Assembly (NCBI GenBank): GCA_964607515.1
Contig: CAZSKU010000008.1
Coordinates: forward strand, 149-64,148
Direction of reading: 5' to 3'
Source: an uncultured bacterium
Lineage (GTDB): Bacteria; Fermentibacterota; Fermentibacteria; Fermentibacterales; JCC-6
Length of the DNA stretch: 64,000 nucleotides
Shown here: one piece after another, positions 8,748 to 18,494 of the stretch
How the letters are laid out: every line of letters begins with the position of its first letter
How positions within the stretch are numbered: the stretch's first letter is position 1
The notes under the pieces: model-generated
Databases searched by the model: none
What the model saw: only the letters and a program-made list of their open reading frames with translations
What the model was told of the DNA's origin: nothing
Program-made: the position numbers and the translations under genes

Positions 8748-9850
8748 GCCCGCACCCTTCCGGCGGTCCCTGCAAGGAAACCCAGGGCACTCATGGTCAT
8801 GACGATCCCCGTGCCCCCCCAGCTGACCAAAGGAAGCGGTATACCAGTGGGAGGCAACAATTTAGTTACAACACCGGCATGAATGAGAACACCCATGGCT
8901 ATCACGGCTGTGAACCCCCCGGAGGCCATGGAGCAGAAGGTCGTGTCGGCCCCTGCTGCTATCCTCCAGCCGGCTGCGCATATGAGCACCAGACCGGACA
9001 GCACCATGACCACCCCCACGAAACCGGCCTCCTCTCCGATCACCGCCAGGATGTAGTCGCTGAAGGCCTCCGGAAGAAAGCCCCTCTGCTGGCGCCCGCG
9101 GCCCAGCCCCCGACCCAGCAGCCCGCCGCTTCCCAGGGCTATGCACGCCTGGTGGGACTGGTAGCTTCCCCCGGAGGGCTCCGAACCATCCATGCCGGAG
9201 GTGACCCTGGTTATCCTGTAGGGCGAGGAGATCACCGCCGCAGCGGCCAGCAGCATGGCTGCCGCGCCGAGCACCGCCAGGTGCTTGAACCTGGCTCCCG
9301 CCAGAAGGAGCATCACCATCATCACCGCTCCAAGATAGGCCGCTCCGGAGAAGTCGGGCTGCTTCAGCATGATGGCCATGGGGATCAAAGCCGCAAGGAT
9401 CATCATGCCGAAGTGTCTGGGCTTCCTGGCGTCCCACTTGCCCCGGGATACCATGAAAGCCGACAGCAGAACGTAGGCGTAGCGAATGAGTTCCGACGGG
9501 AGAAGTCTCACCGGGCCCAGGTGGAACCACCGAGTGCTTCCGTTTATCACGGGGGCCAGGGAGCTTCCCGAAGCAGCCACCGTGAGTACCAGCAGCGCCA
9601 GCGCTCCGGAATAGACAGGGACCGCCAGGGCCTGGATAAGGGAGGGTTTCAGCCTCCAGGCGACGATCCCCATGATCAGCCCCGCGAGAACCCTCATCAG
9701 GTGTCCCTTAAGGTAGTGGAGACTGTCCCCGGCGGGGGTCACCCTCATGGAGGCGAAGGAGCTGGCTGTCCAGACAGCCAGTATTCCCAGGACCGTCACT
9801 ATCCCGGTGGCTATCAGAAGCACGTTCCTGTCCCGGGCCAGCGGATTCAC
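8744..9850 (-). CDS. ftsW: peptidoglycan glycosyltransferase FtsW (SEDS family)
   Basis: SEDS multi-TM protein; start inferred as GTG at 9850 forming a GTGA overlap with murD stop; ORF-track N-terminal 201 aa rejected. Confidence 0.8.
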   Translation of the reverse strand: MNPLARDRNVLLIATGIVTVLGILAVWTASSFASMRVTPAGDSLHYLKGHLMRVLAGLIMGIVAWRLKPSLIQALAVPVYSGALALLVLTVAASGSSLAPVINGSTRWFHLGPVRLLPSELIRYAYVLLSAFMVSRGKWDARKPRHFGMMILAALIPMAIMLKQPDFSGAAYLGAVMMVMLLLAGARFKHLAVLGAAAMLLAAAAVISSPYRITRVTSGMDGSEPSGGSYQSHQACIALGSGGLLGRGLGRGRQQRGFLPEAFSDYILAVIGEEAGFVGVVMVLSGLVLICAAGWRIAAGADTTFCSMASGGFTAVIAMGVLIHAGVVTKLLPPTGIPLPLVSWGGTGIVMTMSALGFLAGTAGRVRA

Positions 9851-11190
9851 TGCAGTTCCTTGACCAGCGACCTGAAGTGGTCGCCCCGTTCCTCGAAGTT
9901 CCTGTACTGGTCGAAACTGGCGCAGCCCGGCGAGAGCAGCACCGTATCGCCCTCGAAGGCCCTGGCCGAAGCCTCCCGCACGGCCCCGGGAAGGTCCGCG
10001 GCGAAGGCTTTCTCCCCGGCTCCACTCCAGGCTTCGGCCAGCATGGACGCCGCCTCGCCGAAGAGGATCACCAGTCTGGCCTTCCTGGACACCAGTGGCG
10101 CCAGCCCGGAGTAGTCGGTCTCCTTTGCCCTTCCCCCGGCCAGGAGGATCACAGGCCTCTCCGCCGCTTCCAGGGCGACCCTGAGGGAATCCGGATTGGT
10201 GGACTTGGAATCGTTGACCCACGTGATCCCGCCCTTGACCGCCACCTTCTCGATCCGGTGGGGGACTCCGGCGAACTCCGTCAGCCCCGGGACCAACTGC
10301 TCCGGTGTCAGACCGGCGCCGTACGCCATGCAGACCACCGCCAGAGCGTTGTAGAGGTTGTGCCTGCCGGGAAGCCGCACCCGTCCAGAATCCAGAACCG
10401 GGGTTTCCCTGCCGTCCATGGCCACCACTATCATTCCCGAACCGTCCACCCACGCGCCGGGATGTACCGGTCTCTCAAGGCTGAAGTACATCTCTGTGCC
10501 GCGGCTTCTGCCGTAGAGCACCGACAGGTTCCTGTCGTCGCTGTTGAGCACCGTGATGTCCTCGGAGTGCTGGTTCAGAAAGATTCTGGCCTTGGCGGCG
10601 GCGTAGCCCTCCATGGACCCGTGCCTGGCCAGGTGGTCAGGAGTGATGTTCAGGATGGCCGCCCCCCGGGGCCTGAACCTCTCCACTGTCTCCAGCTGGT
10701 AGCTGGAAACCTCCACCACGAATATCTCCGCACCGGGGTGTTCCAGGACCGCCCGGCTGAAGGCGTAGCCAGTATTGCCGCATACCACGGCCCGCCTGCC
10801 GGACCTGGAGAGGGTGAAGCCCAGCCACTCCGCGGTGGTGGTCTTGCCGTTGGAACCGGTGACCGCGTAGATCCCTCCGGTGGTGTTCGCCGCGGCCAGC
10901 TCGATTTCGCCTATCACGGGAATCCCCAGGCGGCGGGCCTCCCCGGGCAGGCCCGACCAGGGGTTCACCCCCGGGCTGATCACCAGCCCGTCGAGTTTTT
11001 CCACGTCGCCGGGAGAGCCGGGGCCTGTGACCAGCCGGTCCACCTCCGGAGGCCGGACCGCCGAGGGCGACACGTCGAACCCGGTGACCGAGAACCCCCT
11101 GGACTTCAGCAGTGCCGCGGCCGCGGCGCCGCTGATTCCCAGCCCGATCACCCCGATTCCCTTGCCCCCGCCTTCGCTCCAGTAACCCAT
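9847..11190 (-). CDS. murD: UDP-N-acetylmuramoylalanine--D-glutamate ligase
   Basis: GIGVIGLGISG Rossmann N-terminus, GSNGKTTT. Confidence 0.9.
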   Translation of the reverse strand: MGYWSEGGGKGIGVIGLGISGAAAAALLKSRGFSVTGFDVSPSAVRPPEVDRLVTGPGSPGDVEKLDGLVISPGVNPWSGLPGEARRLGIPVIGEIELAAANTTGGIYAVTGSNGKTTTAEWLGFTLSRSGRRAVVCGNTGYAFSRAVLEHPGAEIFVVEVSSYQLETVERFRPRGAAILNITPDHLARHGSMEGYAAAKARIFLNQHSEDITVLNSDDRNLSVLYGRSRGTEMYFSLERPVHPGAWVDGSGMIVVAMDGRETPVLDSGRVRLPGRHNLYNALAVVCMAYGAGLTPEQLVPGLTEFAGVPHRIEKVAVKGGITWVNDSKSTNPDSLRVALEAAERPVILLAGGRAKETDYSGLAPLVSRKARLVILFGEAASMLAEAWSGAGEKAFAADLPGAVREASARAFEGDTVLLSPGCASFDQYRNFEERGDHFRSLVKELQ

Positions 11191-11204
11191 TTTCGATCCC
11201 CTGC

Positions 11205-12362
11205 CTATCTGATCTTGAAGGTGCTGATCCCCAGTAGACCCAGAATGATGGCCACGATCCAGAACCGCACCACCACCCGGCTCTCGGCCCAGCCCAGCAG
11301 TTCGAAATGGTGGTGTATCGGGGCCATCCGGAAGACCCTTTTCCCGGTCTTTTTAAAATGACAGACCTGGATCATCACGCTGAGGGTCTCCGCCACGAAT
11401 ACTCCCCCAACCAACAGCAGGAGCAGTTCGTTCCTGGTCACCACCGCCATGGATCCTATGGCGCCCCCCAGGGCCAGAGATCCGGTATCGCCCATGAAGA
11501 CCTCCGCCGGGGGCGCATTGTACCAGAGGAACGCCAGGCATGCCCCGGCCATCGCTCCGCTGAAGACCGTAAGCTCCCCGACCCCCGGAAGGTGCGAGAA
11601 CTGGAGGTACTCGGCGAAATTGGCGTGGCCCAGCAAGTACGCCAAGGCCCCGAAGGTCAGGATCGAGATCAGGCTGACCCCCGTGGCCAGCCCGTCAAGA
11701 CCGTCTGTAAGGTTCACCGCGTTGGTGGTTCCGGCCAGCACCAGGGTTACCAGGAGCAGGTACAGGATGCCGAAGTCCACCCTTAACTCTTTGAAGAAGG
11801 GAACCGTGGTCTCCGTCGAATAGATGGTGATATCGCCGGATTCCAGTTCAACGGTCCTGAATCCGGGGATTATCGAGGGTTCGTGGGCCGCGGCCACCGG
11901 CTGGGGGGGCGTCAGGAAGAGCCATATCCCCACTCCGAGCCCCAGAAGGCACTGCCCCAGAAACTTATAACGCCCAACCAGTCCCCGGGGAGACTTCTTG
12001 ACCGTCTTGAGGTAATCGTCCAGAGCCCCGATGAGCCCCATCCAGAGGGTGCAGGTCAGAACCACCAGCAGAGGCGTGCTGTCCAGCCTTCCCCACAGAA
12101 GCACCGGTACGAACACCGCCGCCAGTATGATGGCACCGCCCATAGTGGGAGTGCCCTGTTTTCTCCTGTGGGTCTTGGGACCGTCGTCCCGGACTTCCTG
12201 TCCAATCTGCCTCTTCTTGAGGGCTCTGATGATGCCCGGCGCCGCCAGGAAACCGATGAGCAATGCGGTGAGCGTGGCCCCGGCGGTTCGCACCGTTATG
12301 TAGCCGAAAAGGTTGAAGAATCCAGCGGCCCCCCTGAGAGGGTAGAGCAGCCAGTAGAACAT
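11205..12362 (-). CDS. mraY: phospho-N-acetylmuramoyl-pentapeptide transferase
   Basis: MraY motifs GTPTMGG, NAVNLTDGLDG; start MFYWLLYPL. Confidence 0.9.
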   Translation of the reverse strand: MFYWLLYPLRGAAGFFNLFGYITVRTAGATLTALLIGFLAAPGIIRALKKRQIGQEVRDDGPKTHRRKQGTPTMGGAIILAAVFVPVLLWGRLDSTPLLVVLTCTLWMGLIGALDDYLKTVKKSPRGLVGRYKFLGQCLLGLGVGIWLFLTPPQPVAAAHEPSIIPGFRTVELESGDITIYSTETTVPFFKELRVDFGILYLLLVTLVLAGTTNAVNLTDGLDGLATGVSLISILTFGALAYLLGHANFAEYLQFSHLPGVGELTVFSGAMAGACLAFLWYNAPPAEVFMGDTGSLALGGAIGSMAVVTRNELLLLLVGGVFVAETLSVMIQVCHFKKTGKRVFRMAPIHHHFELLGWAESRVVVRFWIVAIILGLLGISTFKIR

Positions 12363-13648
12363 CAGTCCCCCTCCTCCCGGATCCCCCGGACCACCAGGTC
12401 GAGTCCCAGTGAATGGCTTCCCTTGACCAGGACCCGGTCTCCGGGTCTGATCGCCTTTCTTAAAACCTCCAGGGCGGACCCGGCGTCGGGAACCCATTCC
12501 ATTCCCGGTTCCCCCCGGAAGACGCCGCCCAATCCCTCGCCCACCAGTATCACCAGCCGCAGCCCTATCTCCGAGGCGCTGCGGATCAGATCCGTGTGAG
12601 CCTGTTCCCCGTGGGAACCCAGTTCCAGCATGTCTCCCAGGACCGCCACACCCCGGTCCCCGGCTCCCCGGAGCAGCTCCAGGCAGGCGGCGGCCGAATC
12701 GGGATTCGAGTTGTAGCTCTCGTCGTAGAGAAGAATTCCCCTGCCCCGCCAGACCCTTCCCCGGCCGGCCATGCCGGAGTAGCGCTCCATGGCCCTGACA
12801 GCCGCCGCCGGGTCCACCCCCAGAAATTCCGCCGCGGCCGCCGCAGACAGGGCGTTTCTCAGGTTGTGGGCTCCGGGCACCGCAAGTTCCGGGCGTATCC
12901 TCCAGGGCATGAGTTCTCCGTCTTCAATCCAGGCATCTCCCCCGGGACCGGTGGTGAAAACCGTCAGGTTCCTTTCCCTGGCGGCCTTCGCGAGCACCGG
13001 TTCCCCGATGGGGATCACCGCGGCGCCTCCCTCTGCGGTTGTGTAAAGGAGTTCGGCCTTGGCCTTCGCTATACCCTCCCTGGAGCCAAGGAACTCCACG
13101 TGGGCGGTTCCTATGTTGGTTATCACCGTCAGCCCGGGACGGGCCACGGCCCCCAGCTCCAGCAGTTCCCCGAAGTGGTTCATCCCCAGTTCCAGTACCA
13201 GCGCCTGGGCGTCGGGACGGGCGTTCAACAGGGTGAGGGGAAGCCCGAGCCTGTTGTTGAGGTTCTCCCGGGTTCCATCCACCCGCAGAGACACTGCCAG
13301 AGCGGCCATCAGCATTTCCCGGGTGGTGGTCTTGCCGCTGCTCCCCGTCACCGCGGCCACGGGGCACTCGAACCGGCTTCGAGCCCATCGTCCCGCCTCC
13401 AGCAGGGCTTCACTGGTATCGGCCACCCGCAGCACCGAACCGGAAAATCCCTCCCTGGACACCACCGCCGCGGCGCCCCGGGCCAGGGCTTCCTCAACAA
13501 AGGCGTGGCCGTCGGTCCTGGTTCCGGGAAGGGCGAAGAACAGGCTTCCGGGACCGGCCTTCCGGGAGTCGATGACAGCCCTGTCGAAAAGGTACCCTGT
13601 TCCCCCGGAAACCCCGAGATGCTCCGCCAGCCGGTCCAGATCCATCAT
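12362..13648 (-). CDS. murF: UDP-MurNAc-tripeptide--D-Ala-D-Ala ligase
   Basis: Mur ligase, AVTGSSGKTTT. Confidence 0.9.
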   Translation of the reverse strand: MMDLDRLAEHLGVSGGTGYLFDRAVIDSRKAGPGSLFFALPGTRTDGHAFVEEALARGAAAVVSREGFSGSVLRVADTSEALLEAGRWARSRFECPVAAVTGSSGKTTTREMLMAALAVSLRVDGTRENLNNRLGLPLTLLNARPDAQALVLELGMNHFGELLELGAVARPGLTVITNIGTAHVEFLGSREGIAKAKAELLYTTAEGGAAVIPIGEPVLAKAARERNLTVFTTGPGGDAWIEDGELMPWRIRPELAVPGAHNLRNALSAAAAAEFLGVDPAAAVRAMERYSGMAGRGRVWRGRGILLYDESYNSNPDSAAACLELLRGAGDRGVAVLGDMLELGSHGEQAHTDLIRSASEIGLRLVILVGEGLGGVFRGEPGMEWVPDAGSALEVLRKAIRPGDRVLVKGSHSLGLDLVVRGIREEGD

Positions 13649-15081
13649 TCCGGTTCCCCCAGGGCCGACCGGGCTTCCTCCCGGTCGTCGAAGTGAACCT
13701 TCCCGGTTCCCAGAATCTGGTAGTCCTCGTGCCCTTTGCCGGCGATGATCACCACGTCTCCCGGTTCCGCAAGGGCTACCGCCAGCCGGATGGCCCGGCG
13801 CCGGTCGGGCTCCACCACCACGTTTTCCATGTCTTCCATACCCGTCAGTATCCCCTGGATTATTCCCATGGGATCCTCTGTTCTCGGGTTGTCGCTGGTG
13901 ACCACCGACAGGTGGGCCAGCCTTCTGGAAATGGCGCCCATGAGGGGTCTCTTGCGGGAATCCCGGTCACCCCCGCATCCGAATACCGAGATGAGGCGAC
14001 CCCGGGCCAGCTCCCTGCCCTGACTGAGCACCCTCTCCAGGGCGTCCGGGGTGTGGGCGTAGTCCACAGCCACCAGAACGCCCCTGCGGTTCTCCACCGG
14101 TTCCATCCTGCCGGGAACGCCCGGAAAGTTGGCCAGGGCCCCGGCAGACACTTCCGGGGGCACCCCCAGGGCCGCCGCCGCGGCCACCGCACCTGCGGAA
14201 TTGACGATGCTGAACGTCCCCGGCGCTCTTACGGCAACCTCCAGGGTGCCCCCGGGGGTGGCGAGGTCGTAGCGGGAGCCCTGAATCCCGGTCTCGTGCC
14301 TGAGGATCCTGAAGTCATCGCCGGGAAGGAAACCGAACCTCAGGGAACCGGGAAGGGACGGCCACTCCGGAGAGGCGCTTCCGATCACCGCGGTTCCTCC
14401 GGGCTTGAGGAGTTCCAGAAGCCTGAGCTTAGCCTTCAGGTACTCCTCCATAGTGCCATGAAAATCCAGATGGTCCTGGCTGATGTTGGTGAACACCGCG
14501 GCATCGAACCTTACCCGGTCCACCCGGGCCAGGGAGAGGGCGTGGCTTGACACCTCCATGACGCATGCCCGGTCTCCGCCGTCCGCCATGGCCCTCATGA
14601 GTTCCGCCGTCCGCAGGGAGTCCGGGGTGGTGATGTCCGCGGGCAGCCCCCGGCCGGCCACGGTGTGGCCTACGGTACCCAGTATTCCGGTGGACGTCCC
14701 CCCCGACTCCAGAATCCAGGCCAGCATGTGCGCGGTGCTTGTCTTGCCGTTGGTTCCCGTGATTCCCGCGGTTTTCATTTCTTTCCAGGGTTCCCGGAAG
14801 AACCTTGCCGCCAACAGCGCCAGAAGCTCCCGGTTGCCGGATCCGGTGTTCCTCAGAACCCGGACGTCCCCGGTGTCGTCTTCGCCCTGGACCACCGCCG
14901 CGGCCGCTCCCCGGGAGAAAGCGTCCGGAAGGTAAACGCCGCCGTCGGCCTTGAAACCCTTGACGGCCACGAAAAGGAAGCCGGGTTTCACCTCCCTTGA
15001 ATCGCAGGCGATTCCCGCGATCTCCGGGTCGTATCCCGGGGAGAAAATCCCCGTGCCCTCGATCAGCCGACCGAGCTTCAC
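13645..15081 (-). CDS. murE: UDP-MurNAc-L-Ala-D-Glu--2,6-diaminopimelate ligase
   Basis: TGTNGKTST, DNPR motif; start inferred GTG at 15081 (GTGA overlap with ftsI stop). Confidence 0.85.
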   Translation of the reverse strand: MKLGRLIEGTGIFSPGYDPEIAGIACDSREVKPGFLFVAVKGFKADGGVYLPDAFSRGAAAAVVQGEDDTGDVRVLRNTGSGNRELLALLAARFFREPWKEMKTAGITGTNGKTSTAHMLAWILESGGTSTGILGTVGHTVAGRGLPADITTPDSLRTAELMRAMADGGDRACVMEVSSHALSLARVDRVRFDAAVFTNISQDHLDFHGTMEEYLKAKLRLLELLKPGGTAVIGSASPEWPSLPGSLRFGFLPGDDFRILRHETGIQGSRYDLATPGGTLEVAVRAPGTFSIVNSAGAVAAAAALGVPPEVSAGALANFPGVPGRMEPVENRRGVLVAVDYAHTPDALERVLSQGRELARGRLISVFGCGGDRDSRKRPLMGAISRRLAHLSVVTSDNPRTEDPMGIIQGILTGMEDMENVVVEPDRRRAIRLAVALAEPGDVVIIAGKGHEDYQILGTGKVHFDDREEARSALGEPE

Positions 15082-16793
15082 GGCGCCCCTCCGGACTCCG
15101 CGGCCACCAGTCCTCCTGTGTCTCCCAGGGGAGCCAGGGCCACCTCCGGTTCGGAGGACAGGATCCTGGATACGATCCTTTGAAAGGCCGGCGCCGCCAG
15201 GGCGCTGCCCCACCGGTAGGAGTACTCCGGCTGGTCAATCACCACCACCGCCACCAGTTCCGGGTTCTCTGCGGGCACCATGCCGGCGAAGGCCGACAGG
15301 TAAACTCCCCTTCCCAGCGACAGTCTCTCGGCGGTTCCCGTCTTCCCCGCCACCCTGACCCCCGGAATCTGCGCGGAACCTCCGGTGCCCTGCTCCACCG
15401 CCGAGGCGAGGACAGCCCGGATCTCGGCCGCGGTCTCCCGGGAAATCACCCTGCCCCTCTCGAACACGTTCCAGTCGCTCCACTCCCCGGCGCATCCCGT
15501 GGAACGGACCAGCCTGGGACCGTAGAGGGTCCCGCCGTTGGCGATGACCGAGTAGGCCATGGCCAGCTGCAGGGGCGTGACGCTGATCTCCTGTCCGATG
15601 GCCAGGTTGGCCCTGGAGACCCCCGACCAGATCGATATGGGATTGAGCATGCCGTCCATCTCCCCGGGCAGCTCCACCCCGGTGGCCCTGCCGAAGCCGA
15701 AACGGGCGCAGTACTCGTAGAGCACCGAGTCCGGTATGGCCCGGGCCATCATCACGGTTCCCACGTTGCTGCTCTGGGATATCACCTCGGAAAGGCTGAG
15801 CGTGCTGTCTATCAGGTGGCTGTCATGGATTCTGATGCCCGAGACCTCCAGCCAGCCCGAGGAAACGTCAAAGCTGTCGGAGAGGGACACCAATCCCTCA
15901 TCCAGAGCTGCGGCCAGGGCGAATGGCTTAAAGGTGCTTCCCGGTTCGTGGCTGCTCTGGACGCAGTGATTCCTGACGGGAATCCCCTGGGAATCCCTCA
16001 CCGGGTAGCTTGCCATGGCCAGAATGTCTCCGTTGCGGGGGTCCACGATGACCACCGCGCCCCAGTCCGCTCCGGAGGTGTCCACCGCCGCCGCCAGCTC
16101 CTCCTGGGCTATGGCCTGGAACCGGGCGTCTATGGTGAGCACCACGTCCAGCCCGTCCACCGCCGGTTCGCTCTGGGAGTCCAGGTCCCTGAGGCTGTAG
16201 TTCATCCAGGCGCTCCGCTCCAGGGACATATGCCCCGGAACGCCCTGCAGAACGGGGTTCAACTGGAGTTCCAGCCCCTCAACGTGGTCGGGGGTACACC
16301 GTCCGATCACGGGGGCCATGAGATCCCCCATGGGGTAGACCCGGCGGTTCAGGATGGCGCAGTTCACCATTCTGGACCCGCGGCCCACGATATCCAGCGC
16401 CACAGGGTAGGGAACGTCGTCCGCCAGCACCTGATACCCGGGTTTCCGGTCCAGGGGAACCGGGAAACCGGCCTCCGACAGCATCGCCGCCACCTGGTCC
16501 ACTTCGCACGCGCTGGCGGGAGGAACCCCGGGCCAGTAGACGCTGAACCGGGCGAAGGACTCGTTGCCGGCCATCAGATATCCGTTTCTGTCGTAGATGC
16601 ATCCCCGGCCCGGCTCCACCTCCACCTCCACGGTGTTCTGGTTGTCCGCCAGTTCCCTCCAGTGTCGGTGGTCAAGGATCTGGACCCGGAACAGGGCCGC
16701 CACCACCATCACGAAGAAGAACAGGTTGAGGAACATGCAGAGCTTCAGCCTGGCGCCGAGTCTCTCGTTCATCACGTCGCGCCTCGGCGTCAT
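15078..16793 (-). CDS. ftsI: penicillin-binding protein / transpeptidase FtsI (PBP3-like)
   Basis: N-terminal TM, PBP dimerisation and transpeptidase domains (STFK, SSN, KTGTA). Confidence 0.9.
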   Translation of the reverse strand: MTPRRDVMNERLGARLKLCMFLNLFFFVMVVAALFRVQILDHRHWRELADNQNTVEVEVEPGRGCIYDRNGYLMAGNESFARFSVYWPGVPPASACEVDQVAAMLSEAGFPVPLDRKPGYQVLADDVPYPVALDIVGRGSRMVNCAILNRRVYPMGDLMAPVIGRCTPDHVEGLELQLNPVLQGVPGHMSLERSAWMNYSLRDLDSQSEPAVDGLDVVLTIDARFQAIAQEELAAAVDTSGADWGAVVIVDPRNGDILAMASYPVRDSQGIPVRNHCVQSSHEPGSTFKPFALAAALDEGLVSLSDSFDVSSGWLEVSGIRIHDSHLIDSTLSLSEVISQSSNVGTVMMARAIPDSVLYEYCARFGFGRATGVELPGEMDGMLNPISIWSGVSRANLAIGQEISVTPLQLAMAYSVIANGGTLYGPRLVRSTGCAGEWSDWNVFERGRVISRETAAEIRAVLASAVEQGTGGSAQIPGVRVAGKTGTAERLSLGRGVYLSAFAGMVPAENPELVAVVVIDQPEYSYRWGSALAAPAFQRIVSRILSSEPEVALAPLGDTGGLVAAESGGAP

Positions 16794-17059
16794 TCCTCCT
16801 CCAGCAGGGTGAACGAGGAGAGCGGCAGGGGCTCCAGCCCCAGGGCCCTTCCAACCTCCATGAGCCTCTGGGGATTCTCCAGTCGGGCAATGCTCCCGCA
16901 GGCTTCCGCCACCCTTCGACGGAGGCTGTCCAGGTCCTCCTCCATCCGGTGAAGCTCCACCAGTCTCGCCAGTCGGAAGTTCTTCATGCCCATCTGTATC
17001 ACGGCGTTAACCAGCAGGGCAGCCAGAACCATCACCGTTACCGTTGCCCTCAGGCTCAT
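16790..17059 (-). CDS. ftsL: cell division protein FtsL-like
   Basis: 89 aa, single TM plus coiled coil, between rsmH and ftsI; ATGA overlap with rsmH stop. Confidence 0.6.
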   Translation of the reverse strand: MSLRATVTVMVLAALLVNAVIQMGMKNFRLARLVELHRMEEDLDSLRRRVAEACGSIARLENPQRLMEVGRALGLEPLPLSSFTLLEEE

Positions 17060-17898
17060 GGGAGCCTCACCCCTGTCCGCAGCCGGGCGGACCTGGCCCT
17101 GGGGTTTTCCCTGATCTCCTCCCTGGAAGGGACCAGCCAGGGTGGATCGGTCTCCCGGAAGAAGGGTGAGTCCCGCAGCAGCAGCTTTACCGCCCGGTCT
17201 TCCAGGGAGTGGAAAGTTATGAAGGCAACCCGGGCCCCGGGGGCCAGCCACAGGTGCAGATCCGAGAGAAGCCTCTCCAGATGGCCCGACTCGTCGTTCA
17301 CCATGATCCGGAATGCCTGGAAAACCCTGGAAAGGACCTTCACCGGATTCCCCGCCACGGCCCGCACCACCGCGGCCCTGAGTTCCAGCGACGTCCGTAC
17401 GGGCATGGCCTTCCTGATCTCCCGGGCGATCCGCCGACTCCTGCCCTCCTGGCCGAGCCTGTAGATCACGTCCGCGATTCCCGCCTCGTCCATGCCTTCC
17501 AGGACCGCGCTCAGGGGTTCCCCGGAAGAGGTGTCGAACCGCATGTCCAGGGGCCCGTCGATCCTGTAGGAGAAACCCCTGGCGGGATCGCCCAGCTGAA
17601 GTGAACTGAGCCCGAGATCGAAGAGGGCCCCCGAAGCGGGGCCTTCCAGCAGACCGGGGATGGACGTGTAGCTTCCCCGGTGAACCCGGGTTAGGGGGTC
17701 CCCCGCAAACTCGTCCGACAGGTTTCCGGCCTGAATGGAATCCCTCTCGACTGCCAGCAGGTGTCTTCCGGGGCAGGCGGCCCTGAGGGCCCGGAGGTGC
17801 CCGCCGCCGCCGGCGGTGCCGTCCACGATCAACCCCTCAGGGGACTGCTCCAGGAACCCGGTGACCGCCTTCGCCAAGATGGGAACATGCCCGTCCAC
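17056..17898 (-). CDS. rsmH: 16S rRNA m4C1402 methyltransferase RsmH (MraW)
   Basis: DGTAGGGGH SAM motif, conserved dcw position. Confidence 0.9.
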   Translation of the reverse strand: MDGHVPILAKAVTGFLEQSPEGLIVDGTAGGGGHLRALRAACPGRHLLAVERDSIQAGNLSDEFAGDPLTRVHRGSYTSIPGLLEGPASGALFDLGLSSLQLGDPARGFSYRIDGPLDMRFDTSSGEPLSAVLEGMDEAGIADVIYRLGQEGRSRRIAREIRKAMPVRTSLELRAAVVRAVAGNPVKVLSRVFQAFRIMVNDESGHLERLLSDLHLWLAPGARVAFITFHSLEDRAVKLLLRDSPFFRETDPPWLVPSREEIRENPRARSARLRTGVRLP

Positions 17899-17907
17899 GA
17901 CGCCTCC

Positions 17908-18345
17908 CTAGAGGTCGATGTCCAGTGTTTCGGCGATGTCCTCGAAGGATTCCTCTTCGTTGCCCATGTAGGCCTCGTACTTCTGCGGATCCCAAAGCTC
18001 TATGCGGTCGAACTGACCCAGGAACATGACCTCGCCGCGGATTCCGGCGGCATCCTGCATGTCCGCCGGAATGGCTATTCTGCCCTGGGCGTCCACGGTC
18101 AGCGGGCGGAGCTTGGCCCCCACCCACCGCAGAAAACGCCGATGCTGCCTGTTGCTTCTGGAGAGCTTCTCGAAACCCTCCCTGATCTGTTCCCATTTCT
18201 CCGCCTGATAGAGGACCAGGCAGTTGTCCAGCTCCCGGTTGAGGTAGAGGTCCTCCCCCGTGAGGAGCCGCCGGAACTGGGCGGGCACGCTGACACGGCC
18301 CTTTTCGTCGAGCGTGTGAATGTGGGTTCCAATGAACTCGGCCAT
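17908..18345 (-). CDS. mraZ: transcriptional regulator MraZ
   Basis: Two SpoVT/AbrB-like halves (FIGTHIHTLDEKGRVSVP... and DAQGRIAIP); start MAEFIGT. Confidence 0.85.
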   Translation of the reverse strand: MAEFIGTHIHTLDEKGRVSVPAQFRRLLTGEDLYLNRELDNCLVLYQAEKWEQIREGFEKLSRSNRQHRRFLRWVGAKLRPLTVDAQGRIAIPADMQDAAGIRGEVMFLGQFDRIELWDPQKYEAYMGNEEESFEDIAETLDIDL

Positions 18346-18366
18346 GGGACCACCCCCTATGGCCGA

Positions 18367-18420
18367 ATCATTACCCCACTTTGACCCACTGTCAACCCAC
18401 TTTACCCCACCCCACTCCAC
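18367..18420 (-). promoter_or_regulatory. P_mraZ with phased GTGGG (MraZ-box-like) direct repeats
   Basis: On minus strand TTGACA-17-AATGAT overlapped by 5 GTGGG repeats spaced 10/11/10/5 nt. Confidence 0.45.
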
Positions 18421-18494
18421 ATGACGAACCATCCCCCCGAAGCTCCCGGTGCGAGCCCGGCGGACCGGTTCCCGGATCGGCTTCCGGGGCCTTG

